Below are positions 1-10,536 of a stretch of DNA of 47,118 nucleotides, piece after piece. The notes below the pieces were generated by a model. That model made no database searches. It saw only the letters and a program-made list of their open reading frames with translations, and was not told the origin of the DNA. Both the position numbers and the translations under genes were made by a program. Position 1 is the first letter of the stretch; each line of letters opens with the position of its first letter. This DNA comes from Octopus bimaculoides (Eukaryota). Where the stretch lies: NCBI RefSeq assembly GCF_001194135.2, contig NC_069006.1:17206789-17253906 (forward strand). Direction: 5' to 3'.

Positions 1-30
1 TACAGATATTATTCTATCTGTATTTTTTTA

Positions 31-230
31 TGTTTTAGTCATTGGACTGCGGCCATGCTGGGGCATCGCCTTGAAGTGTTTTATTCGAACAAATCAATCT
101 CAGTACTCTTTTTTTTAAAGATTGATACTTATCCTATCAGTAGCTTTTTACCGAATCACTAAGTTACGAAGACGTAAACAAACCTGCACCGGTTGTAAAG
201 CAATGGTGCGGGACAAATGCAAATACACAC
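31..230 (-). mobile_element. SINE family A, 3' half
   Basis: Reverse complement of the 3' part of the full copy at 6877-7287 (TTTTAGTCATTGGACTGCGGCCATGCTGG...CCGAATCACTAAGTTACG...). It ends in the CA/TA microsatellite. Confidence 0.8.
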
Positions 231-262
231 ACACACATACACATATATACATATATATATAT

Positions 263-385
263 AAAACTGAACGACTGCTGCAATAAGTGTGTGTATCCGA
301 GAGGAGAATATGTTGAATAAAATCATAATTAACTGATCCTCCTGTATTTACTTTTACCCAAAGCCAGGGACTTTTCAGCACCACT
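263..385 (+). mobile_element. Mariner-type MITE, right part (transposase C-terminal remnant plus right TIR)
   Basis: Translates KLNDCCNKCVYPRGEYVE*, like the mariner C-terminus (KL..RW.KCV...GEYVE). Followed by ACCCAAAGCCAGGGACTTTTCAGCACC, homologous to the right end of the copy at 11777-11992. Confidence 0.75.
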
Positions 386-420
386 ACCCCGTGTGTGTAT
401 ATGTGTGTATATGTGCTTGT

Positions 421-451
<31 letters not shown>

Positions 452-574
452 AGTGTGTCTATCGGTTTCTATATGTATTTTCATCTCCACCACAATAACA
501 CATACGCGCACACACACATACACAATTACAAATATAGATATATATATACATTCACAACATACACGCACTCTCTG

Positions 575-822
575 TCGCTCTGTCTATCTCTCTTTCTTCC
601 TCTATCTATCTATCTATCTATCTATCTATCAACCTAGCTAGCTAGCTAGCTAGCTAGCCTCCTCTTTCCATCCCTCACTATTTCCCTCTATCTTCATATC
701 TTTGTCTTAGTGTATTCTCTTTTTCTACCGTCACCCTCTCTCCCTCTCTTTCCTTCTCCTTTTCCCTCTCTCTCCTCTCTCTCTTCCTTTCTCCTTTTCC
801 CTCTCTCTCCTCTCTCTCTTCC
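575..822. repeat. Compound microsatellite / pyrimidine tract: (TATC)n, (TAGC)n, (CT)-rich duplicated block
   Basis: Directly visible simple repeats. Confidence 0.9.
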
Positions 823-1496
823 TCATTCCCTTGCTACCAGTGTGTCAGCTTGTGCAACTCCGTGACGAGAAAGATGGTGTGCGATGCTACGGCATGTGCC
901 GAAGGTGTCGGAGGGTTATGTTCAAGTATGGAAAACATTCAAGAACTCGGTGGCACCGTGCCACAACAATCTTAGCCGTGCCAGAAAGCAAACTCCGAAC
1001 TTGGAACTTTTGGCAGCAAACAACAGGTCTTACCAACTGGAAGAATTCGTCTCGATTCAGTCAGTTAATTTTGCATATTGGCTTGGAATTGAAACCGTAC
1101 AGACCAGGACTGAACGATAATTCAAGTAGTTTTATACGTTAATCTCCGACTTCATTACAACGACATGCATCAGGAGGGGAAAGTACAATTATTCAATAAC
1201 ATCAAGGATCTTGTTAAAATTCTTCCAGCCACTTGAAGTTTTTCAAATTTTCACCTTATTATTCTCAAAATATGCAGTACGGATGTAGTTTTGCATTCTG
1301 ATGACAAAAATCGCATTCATTTTTTTTCTTCTGGATATTAAGAATAAAGAAGCTACAAGCATTTAAAACTACATTATAAAAAAAATAATCCGGTAAAAAT
1401 TTGAAGAACTTCAAGTAGATGGAAGAAATTTAATAAGATCCAATATAGATTTCGAACAAAGATACACATGTTTCCAAATGCAAAGGTAGGATATAG

Positions 1497-1548
1497 TTGA
1501 TTAAATCAACCCTTGTGTGCATGACTGGTACAACTTGTTTTATCCATT
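1497..1548 (-). mobile_element. Degenerate SINE family B core fragment
   Basis: AGTTGATTAAATCAACCC...ACTGGTAC...TTTTATC resembles AGTCGATTACATCGACCCCAGT...ACTGGTACTTATTTTATC of the other B copies. Confidence 0.4.
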
Positions 1549-2056
1549 CTCAGAAGAATAAGTCAGAAACTAAAGGGAAGTAAATACTGCGAAGTATTCT
1601 TCCCGTGTTGCTTGATGCTGTACCGTCTTTGCCAACCCACCCCGCCGTGTGACATTCTGTGTAACGACAGCGTTCTTTAAATCCATAATCTCTAAAACCA
1701 CAGCCTTTAACAAAGCGCTCTCTCGTACTACACTCGTGAACACGGCATATATTGGTGGATCGTTTTGATTTCTTGTTCGTCATCACGATTACCATCATCA
1801 ATATCCTCATCGTCGTCATCTTCATCGTCGTCATCATCATCCTCAGCAGCAGCAGCATTATCCTCATGATGCATCCACGCGCCCCAGAATCACGTTCTGT
1901 CATCAATAGTCTCTATCAAAATTTATCAACAGTTCCAGCCCTCCACTGTCCTCCTTGTCCAATTGTCTTGGAAGGATACACACGACTTATCCTCACATGC
2001 ATCGGTCCGCGTATGATAATCAAGCAGGCAGGCACGCAATCCCGGGTGTCTTAGAC

Positions 2057-2352
2057 CAGGTGTTTTCAAACTTTTTGACTTGCGGACCCCTTTATATTTC
2101 AGGCTTTACCTTAGGGACCCCCTTATAAACGCTTATGAAATTTATACATAAATATTTGCTTAAAATAACATATTTTTTACATTTATTTATTTAACAGTAT
2201 TTAACAAATAGGTTTATTGTCAATTAAAAGATTTCGATTAAAAAACATATATAAAATCAAATTGCCCATAAAAAGTATTTGCTGTCCACGGACTCCCTGT
2301 CTTGTCCTTGCGGACCCCCTGTGGTCCGCGGACCAAAGTTTGAAAACCCCTG
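2057..2352. mobile_element. Non-autonomous hAT (Charlie-type) MITE, 296 bp
   Basis: 18-bp TIRs with 1 mismatch (CAGGTGTTTTCAAACTTT / AAAGTTTGAAAACCCCTG) and a perfect 8-bp TSD TCTTAGAC at 2049-2056 and 2353-2360. Subterminal GCGGACCCC motifs. An 8-bp TSD with CAG ends is typical of hAT/Charlie. Confidence 0.92.
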
Positions 2353-2405
2353 TCTTAGACAATACCTAGTAAACATACTCCTTCTTGTTGACTCCAATCT
2401 TTTCG

Positions 2406-2448
<43 letters not shown>

Positions 2449-2911
2449 CCCACACACGCACATATGTATATATAGAGGGAGAGAGACAGACAGACACAGA
2501 AGTAAGGAAATTCCTGAAAGAGAGTGACTGAGAGAGATAAAAATCAGTGTAAGTGAGGGAGATATAGAGATAGGGTTAGATGTAGAGATCAAATTAATAG
2601 TGGGGTTTGAGTGAGGGACGATTGAGTGTGTGGCGTTTCGAAGCGGTTTGTGTATATTTAATAGAGAGTTTGTAAATGGATTTCTAAATGGTTTATTGTT
2701 GAAATTACGGCATGCCATTAGGACTGGATTTAATTCACAAAGGAATAGATTTATTTATACAGACAGAGTACTTTTCTAATGTCAAATTAGATCGGATTCA
2801 TAGAATATATTTGTATATTTGTACGTATAGGAGTGCATATATATATATATATATACATCATATGATATAATATGTAATATATAAACATATATATACATAA
2901 ACATATGTATG

Positions 2912-2944
<33 letters not shown>

Positions 2945-3082
2945 ATTGATGTAAGAACATATATACACGTATGCATATGTATATATACATGTGAGTGTAT
3001 GTAAGTATAAAATCTAAATGTTCATATGTATATACATATATATTTATATATGCATACAAACGTACGTATATCCATACATACT

Positions 3083-3124
<42 letters not shown>

Positions 3125-3419
3125 CTTTTACACATTCGTGTGTTGAGTTCCGCTCCAAATCCAGTAACAACTTGTTCCACCAGGACACTCCAGTCAAATA
3201 AATCGCTGCTGCGCAAAAGCAAAATCTACGAAAAGAACGAATAAAGTCAACAGAGGGCCAACAATCGTTTAGCATTAGTTCCTCCTGTGCTCTCGAGCAC
3301 ATTGGGGACGAGTGGACGGCTCTAGTTTCTGTTGTCTGCGGTTTTGTCTGCATCCGACCATGTAATATTGGCCTCTCTCTCTGTCAGCTATGAATGTCTA
3401 TGCCATGTAGGTTTCGGTC

Positions 3420-3511
3420 TTGCACCTTGGACAAGTGTCATTTACTATAGCCTTGGGCCGCCCAAAGCTTTGTGAATGGAGTTGGTTGACGGAAACTGAA
3501 AGATGCTCATC

Positions 3512-3554
<43 letters not shown>

Positions 3555-3762
3555 TTTGTTTGTCCCCCACCATCACTTCACAACCGATGTTGGTAAGCAC
3601 ACTCTATAATTTGCACCTTTATGTAGCTGTAATATTGAACCATGGCAATATNNNNNNNNNNAATAAGTCCTGGGGTCGATTTCTTTGACTAGAATACTTT
3701 AAAGCAGTGCTCCAGCATGGCCGCAACCAAACAATTAAAACAAGTAAAAGAATAAAAGAATG
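3420..3762 (+). mobile_element. SINE family A, 5'-truncated, with internal (TG)n and a 10-N gap
   Basis: GCACCTTGGACAAGTGTC...GACGGAAACTGAAAGA-(TG)n-...AATAAGTCCTGGGGTCGATTT...CCAGCATGGCCGCA...(TAAAAGAA)n tail. Confidence 0.8.
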
Positions 3763-4254
3763 AAAGAATATATTATTATTATGATTGAATGAGAGAGCAG
3801 CGCATGCCATCAAAATGAAAGTGAAACTAGGTTACAATTATACGAAGCCCAATATACCCATCATGACTACTCGTCTGATAAGAGTACGCCAGACATGTAT
3901 CACAACCACATGTGCGCGACAGGGTGATCTTATATCAAGATAAACAGCGCATGTCCTACCATGTGGGGCCCAGTTAGAATTGTCTTCAGGTTGAGTCGCC
4001 CATCCTGCTCAAAAGATCCTTGAATAAGGTTTGTTTAAGGAAGATGAACGAAACAACGATGTTTCCAGAGATAAATTATTCGAACCCCCAAATTATTCCT
4101 CTCAATACATGTCTATGATGCTATCCAACTACTTCTGCTCGTGATCAGAGATGCACATTTCGTCAGCCACCAAGGGACATGCTCAACCGGTTAAGGTCGA
4201 ACAACTGACAAACAAATCTGTGGTATTGAGCAAAAATATTTACTGTAGCCCATT

Positions 4255-4465
4255 AGAATCGTTAGCACATCAGGCGAAATGCTTAGCGGTATTTCGTCTG
4301 CCACTACGTTCTGAGTTCAAATTCCACCGAGGTCGACTTTGCCCTTTCATCCCTTCGGAGTCACTAAATTAAGTACCTGTTGAACACTGGGATCGATGTA
4401 ATCGACTCATCCGCTCCGCAAATGGGCAACCCTTGTGGCAAAATTTGAAACCATTATTATTATCA
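4255..4465 (+). mobile_element. SINE family B, near full length
   Basis: tRNA-like head (AGAATCGTTAGC...GAGTTCAAATTCC B box), core GCCCTTTCATCCCC...TAAGTACC...GATCGATGTAATCGACT, tail CCTTGTGGCAAAATTTGAAACC(ATT)n. Confidence 0.85.
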
Positions 4466-4580
4466 ATAATAATATTTAGCACAATCAATAGAGTGACACA
4501 AGGTACGAGAGTTTCGTGTATTACCATTTGTTCTTCGTTCCAACATTTTGATCACCATATATATATATACACTTTGATCG

Positions 4581-4612
<32 letters not shown>

Positions 4613-4942
4613 NNNNNNNNNNATATATATATATATATATATATACATATATACACACATCTAAGATGGAAAGGAAAATAAAAGATACATACACACATAC
4701 AGACAGACAGATAGATAGATCTGCTATGTTTATATCTAAATTACTCTACATAGATATTGCAGCAAGATAACTTTTATATCAGTCTGTTCATAGAATAGCT
4801 TCTGTTAAAAAGCAACCATTAAATTTTAGGAATATAGGAATAGCATTTTTTTTTATTAGACATTATAAAAATCAATAGGTGTACTTAAACCAAGGTATCC
4901 TCATGAGAGATTTTGGGACAGTTATTGAAAGTATGTGTATGC

Positions 4943-4986
<44 letters not shown>

Positions 4987-5338
4987 GAGGGAGAGAGAGA
5001 GAGAAAGAGAGACCGTGTGTTCGCGCATGTGTATGCGTGGGTGTTATGTATATATTAACGGATGAACATAGATATGTTCATACGCACATCTATACACACG
5101 CATATNNNNNNNNNNNNNNNNNNNNNNNNNNNNNNNNNNNNNNNNNNNNNNNNNNNNNNNNNNNNNNNNNNNNNNNNNNNNNNNNNNNNNNNNNNNNNNN
5201 NNNNNNNNNNNNNNNNNNNNNNNNNNNNNNNNNNNNNNNNNNNNNNNNNNNNNNNNNNNNNNNNNNNNNNNNNNNNNNNNNNNNNNNNNNNNNNNNNNNN
5301 NNNNNNNNNNNNNNNNNNNNNNNNNNNNNNNNNNNNNN

Positions 5339-5453
5339 AAAAGGGTGAAAGGCAAAATGAACCCCGGCGGAATTTGGACTCAGAACGTACAGACGGACGA
5401 AATGCCGCTAAGCATTTCGCCCGGCATGCTAACGATTCTGCCAGCTCACCGCC
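5339..5453 (-). mobile_element. SINE family B, 5' head (rest lost in gap)
   Basis: Reverse complement reads GGCGGTGAGCTGGCAGAATCGTTAGCATGCCGGGCGAAATGCTTAGCGGC...GAGTCCAAATTCCGCCGGGG, with Pol III A and B boxes. Confidence 0.85.
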
Positions 5454-5563
5454 TTATACACTCATATATAAATATACGGACACAAATACATACATGCTCA
5501 CACACACACACACACACACATTCTGCATACATATAAGTATATAGATGTGTGAGTATGTGTGCT

Positions 5564-5601
<38 letters not shown>

Positions 5602-6876
5602 TACACACACAAACATGTATATGGTTTATAGATTAGACATTACTAAATGTCACCACGCTGTTGTATTCGCGAAGAGGATACCACCTTTATCTTTTTTTCC
5701 TTTCTAGTCAGCACCGAGAATTCCTTACTCTTTCCCTCCCTTCAAGACTATCAACTAGCAACCAGCTTGTCACTGCCACTACAATTACCGTATTTTCCGG
5801 TGTATAAGCTGCTATTTGTTTGTTTTACCTGCATGTCTTGAAAATGGTATCTATTTTTATCGGTTAAGTTGACGATATGTGTTTGTTGTTGATTGTAGTA
5901 AGATAAAATTATGACAATAACAATACATTTCATAGTTGTATAATAAGGCATTTTGAAACTACATATGTGTCAACAGCAAAAATGCTAGCTGCGGACTCGT
6001 TGCTCTATAGGTCGCTTTATGAGTGAGTAAGACACCGATGTCGGGCAAACGAATAAATATATGTAAGTAATATTTCTTCTTTCTTGGTGTTGATTCTTCG
6101 ATCGAGTTGATCCTTCGAACAGAATGGTGACATTCAGTGGAGATGACCCGAAAGTTGTTCCTCTTCGATTACTATCGCAAACAGCAGTAGCTTTCTTCAA
6201 CCGAATACACGTCGTTGATTGGTTGAAATTACCCAAATACGACAACTATAACACAAAATAACTTCTGAAGTACGAAATTGTAAACACATTTATATTTTTT
6301 GTATTAAATGTATCGAATATTTTTTGTATGTCGACTTGCCTAACTTGCTTGTCCTAACATTTTCTCCTATACATACAGACATACATTACAAACATACGTG
6401 TCCGCGCGCGCGCGCTTAAATGTCGACAGAGACCTCAGTCTCCAAATCGACTTCACACTGTTTGTCAAATTATACAAACTCTTTCCACTGTATCTATTTG
6501 GACATCAACAGCTTCTCTCCACCACTTCAGTCAACATTGTCTGCATATCTATACGACTATTCAATATTTTCACTCTTTTGCCTATATGCTGTGACCAGTG
6601 CTGGATTAGCCATTAAATAAAATAAGCACGTGCTTAGTGCTTCAAGGAAAGAGGGGTTTCCACAGAAATGGTAAATGGTTTATTTATGTTAAATGGTTTG
6701 CTTATGGTAAATGGTTTGCTAAAACAATATTCAAAGTGATTTATATGACCGGAAATATAATTTCGAATTGCTAATGGCGTCCTTGTGAGGATCTGATTTT
6801 TAAAAAAATAACAAAAAAAAAACAGAAAGTAAGAGAAAATTTTCAAGTATTAATAAAGTGGAAGTACACAAAACAT

Positions 6877-7287
6877 AGGCGTAGGAGTGGCTGTGTGGTA
6901 AGTAGCTTGCTTACCAACCACATGGTCCCGGGTTCAGTCCCACTGCGTGGCATCTTGGGCAAGTGTCTTCTACTATAGCCTCGGGCCGACCAAAGCCTTG
7001 TGAGTGGATTTGGTAGACGGAAACTGAAAGAAGCCTGTCGTATATATGTATGTGTGTATGTGTTTGTATGTCTGTGTTTGTCCACCTCCCACCCCCAACA
7101 TCGCTTGACAACCGATGCTGGTGTGTTTACGTCACCCGTAACCTAGCGGTTCGGAAAAAGAGACCGATAGAATAAGTACTAGGCTTCCAAAGAATAAGTC
7201 CTGAGGTCGATTTGCTCGACTAAAGGCGGTGCTCCAGCATGACCACAGTCAAAAGACTGAAACAACTAAAAGAGTAAAAGAGTAAAA
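6877..7287 (+). mobile_element. SINE family A, full-length reference copy (~410 bp)
   Basis: A box TGGCTGTGTGG, B box GGTTCAGTCCC, internal TA/TG microsatellite, GGTCGATTTGCTCGAC hairpin and (TAAAAGAG)n tail. Homologous to more than 10 other copies in the window. Confidence 0.92.
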
Positions 7288-7489
7288 AATAAGTATTATT
7301 TTCCATTTTACTGTTAATTTTGCTTCATTTTGAAAAATAAAAATTTATTTATGGTTTATTGTTGTTTATACTTTGAACTACATACATATGGGGGCACCGA
7401 AGCCTTTTAAGGGTTTAGGGTCTCTGTGGGTCATTACGCGGTGTTGATTGTTACAATGTCTACTCACTGTCTTCTTAGTTGCTCAACTC

Positions 7490-7895
7490 CTCCTCACATA
7501 CTACATCTGTCTATCTAGTCAACATCTGTACAATGTGGTCAATCTATTTAATCAACATGTGCACACTGTATATATTTATCCATCCAACATCTTCACACTG
7601 TGTCTATCTATCCAGTCAGCTTCTACGCCATGTGTCAATCTACCCACTCAACATCTACACGCTGTGTCTTTCCATTCAACATATACACACTGTACCTATG
7701 TAACATTTCAGCCCTGTGTCTATTTATCCACCTAGCCAATCTACACACTATCTCTACCTTGCCAATCATCATCTATACAAGATGTCAATCCAATCAACAT
7801 ATACACACTGTGTCTGTCTGTCCTATATCTACACGCTGTATTTATCTAACCAGTTAACATCAATTCAACACGTCTATTCTGTGTGCAGTCCACAT
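7490..7895. repeat. Degenerate ~30-bp minisatellite (approximate consensus CAACATCTACACACTGTGTCTATCTATCCAGT)
   Basis: Recurrent CAACAT(C/A)TACAC(A/G)CTGT.T.TAT.TA.CC motif at about 25-35 bp spacing. Confidence 0.65.
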
Positions 7896-7906
7896 CTTCC
7901 CACTAA

Positions 7907-8088
7907 CTTTTATTTCGTTATTGCCCACAGGGGGGGGGGGCTAAACACAGAGGGGACAAACAAAGACAGACAACGGGATTAAGTTGATTATATCGACTCC
8001 AGTGCGTAACTGGTACTTATTTAATCGACCCCGAAACGATGAAAGGCTAAGTCGACCTCGGCGGAATTTGAACTCAGAGCGTAACGGC
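7907..8088 (-). mobile_element. SINE family B, 5'-truncated, alternative 3' tail
   Basis: Shares the B core and B box. The tail (reverse complement ...CTTTGTTTGTCCCCTCTGTGTTTAGCCCCC...TGTGGGCAATAACGAAATAAAA) differs from that of 4255-4465. Confidence 0.8.
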
Positions 8089-8094
8089 AACTAA

Positions 8095-8127
8095 CTATCT
8101 CTTTCTCTCTCTTTCTCTCTCTCTCTA

Positions 8128-8168
<41 letters not shown>

Positions 8169-8290
8169 CATTTTCTATCTACCCATCTATACATCTATCC
8201 ATGCATGCATAGGTCCATCCATTTATCTATCTATCTATCTATCTATCTATTTATCTATCTATCTATAGTTATCTATCTATCTATCTGACA
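8095..8290. repeat. (CT)n and (TATC)n microsatellites
   Basis: Directly visible. Confidence 0.9.
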
Positions 8291-8780
8291 TGATCTGTAC
8301 ACAATTCTATACATTTAAAGCCGATACGAGCGTACACAACAGCAGCAGCAACAACAACAACAACAACACCTATATTGTGTTCGACGATCTATAAACAGCG
8401 TCTCTACACACTGTCTATCAATCCAGAACGCACTGACTGTCCATATAGACAGCATCTACAAGCTCTTGTCTACCCACTCGTTATATACAATATGTCAATC
8501 AACGCCAACTTAGTTTATCAGACACAAAATCGATAGTAATGATAACAGAAAACAACCAATAACGATGAAATACTCATGTATTCGTATACTGTTGTTGTTG
8601 TTGTTGTTGGGCAATATATATTAGGTGATATATTTTACGATGGTCTGCAAATCTTGATCTGTCATGAAATATTAAATTATTAATTCATCTTATAATAAAC
8701 AATAACACGGGATATTATTAACCTTTAATTTGCATAAGTTTTATACATGTATATAAATGCATACATGTCTAGGCAGACAC

Positions 8781-8945
8781 AGGCGTGGCTGTGTGGAAAG
8801 AAGTTTTCTTCCCTGTGTGTGTGTGTGTGTGTGTGTGGCTGTGTGGTAAGAGGCTTGCTTCCCAACCACATGGTTTCGGGTTCATTCCCACTGCATGGCA
8901 CATTGGGCAAGTGTCTTCTACTGTAGCCTTGGGCAGACCAAAGCG
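8781..8945 (+). mobile_element. SINE family A 5' part with duplicated head
   Basis: AGGCGTGGCTGTGTGGAAAGAAGTTTTCTTCCC-(TG)n-TGGCTGTGTGGTAAGAGGCTTGCTTCCCAACCACATGG...GACCAAAGC. Confidence 0.8.
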
Positions 8946-9052
8946 CACTCTCAAGGCACTCTACTAAGTACATACCCAAAACAAGGTTTAGATACTACAT
9001 CTTAAAGTTTCCTATCTAAACTTTAATATTAAACATAACCGAGATACACTCG

Positions 9053-9187
9053 TTTACTTGTTTCAGTCATTTGACTGTGGCCATGCTGGAGCACTGCCTT
9101 TTTAGTCGAGCAAATCGACCCCAGGGCTTATTCTTTGTAAGCCTAGTAATTATTCTATCAGTTATTTTTGCCGAACCGCTAAGTTAC
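9053..9187 (-). mobile_element. SINE family A, 3' part
   Basis: TACTTGTTTCAGTCATTTGACTGTGGCCATGCTGGAGCAC...GCCGAACCGCTAAGTTAC is the reverse complement of the A 3' end. Confidence 0.88.
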
Positions 9188-10169
9188 TTGACTGTCACAC
9201 TTGCAGTTCGTACGTTGGATACTGTGTTTGGGTAGATATGCGATACACAAGATGTGTGATTCTACTTCTACGCTCCGATTTTCAGATTTGAAGACCTGAC
9301 ATACAGTGCTGTAACCCTTCTGTCTAAAGACAGAACCCCCCTCCACAATACACACACACACACACACATCGCTTAGAGCTATCTGTAATTGATTTTTTTG
9401 AGGGCATGAAGAAAACTAGTTCGTTTTTTGGTGATAGAGAGATAAGTATCTTCCTTCTTCTCTTGCTTTTGAGTGAAAGGATCTGGGAAAAGGGGGACCT
9501 TTTTAGTTTAAAAAATTCTACCAAACGAATTTTTTTGTCAGTAGAATAGTTCACGTTTCAAATCTGCCTGTTAATAGGAGTGTGAGCAAAGATAAAACTG
9601 CTAACGTTTCCGTTATTTTCTTCGTTTCAAAATGTGTTTATGTGCGTAAGTGAATATGAGCGCAAGTGTTGTTGTTGTTGTTATTTTTGTTTATGTTATG
9701 CAAATTTACGTTGCTTGGTATTAAATTGTAACTGAGTGTAGCACTTTGTTTTATTGTCATTTCTCACAATTTATCTTCAATTTTTAATGAGATCTTTTAT
9801 GTTTGTTTTTTGTTTTTATTATTTAATTTATTTTCGTCTGTTCAGAGGAAATAAATGACTGCTTCGTTTCAAAGAGGTCTTAACAGTGCTAATCCCTCTC
9901 GCATTACTGTCTCAAACTACTCCTCTAGTAGAGGAAGCCATATCAAAAATTATTGTAAATACAACAAAATTCCAGAGAAGAGAACATTAACGTGATGTTT
10001 GAAATAGACCTTGTGTCTACCTCAGATATCGAGGCAGACGTGTCGACGTTCCAACAGCTCTTGTTTGTAAACTAATCCGAAAAGGAATAATTTCCATTCG
10101 GTATAAAACAATCCAGAAATTCTTGGAGAGTATCATAACACCAGAACACCTCCGCACGCAACAGACACA

Positions 10170-10378
10170 ACAACAACAACAATAATAATAGTTCTTTCTG
10201 CTAAAGGCACAAGGCCTGAAATTTTGGGGGAGGGGACTAGTCGATTGCATCGACCCCATTGATTCATTGGTACTTAATTTATCGACCTCGAAAGGATGAA
10301 AGGCAAAGTCGACCTCGGCGGAATTTGGATTCAGAACGTAAAGACGGACGAAATACCGCGAAGCATTCTGTCCGGCAA
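10170..10378 (-). mobile_element. SINE family B with (ATT/GTT)n tail
   Basis: B core and B box on the minus strand; tail AATTTCAGGCCTTGTGCCTTTAGCAGAAAGAACT(ATT)n. Confidence 0.85.
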
Positions 10379-10504
10379 GTAGTGTGTGCATCTATTCGCC
10401 ATAAGAATCTCAAACGCGGAAGCTTTGGAATGTCTCACAAACCTTCACTGTGCCACTAATATATTGGATTTCGAGAACTTGTGTCAGTTTATGTATGTAT
10501 GTAT

Positions 10505-10536
<32 letters not shown>

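Noticed and set aside
6160-6190. PLRLLSQT (6165) vs PLALLSQT (9895) similarity suggesting paralogous exons
   Set aside because: The match is limited to ~23 nt and the flanks are unrelated; compatible with chance.
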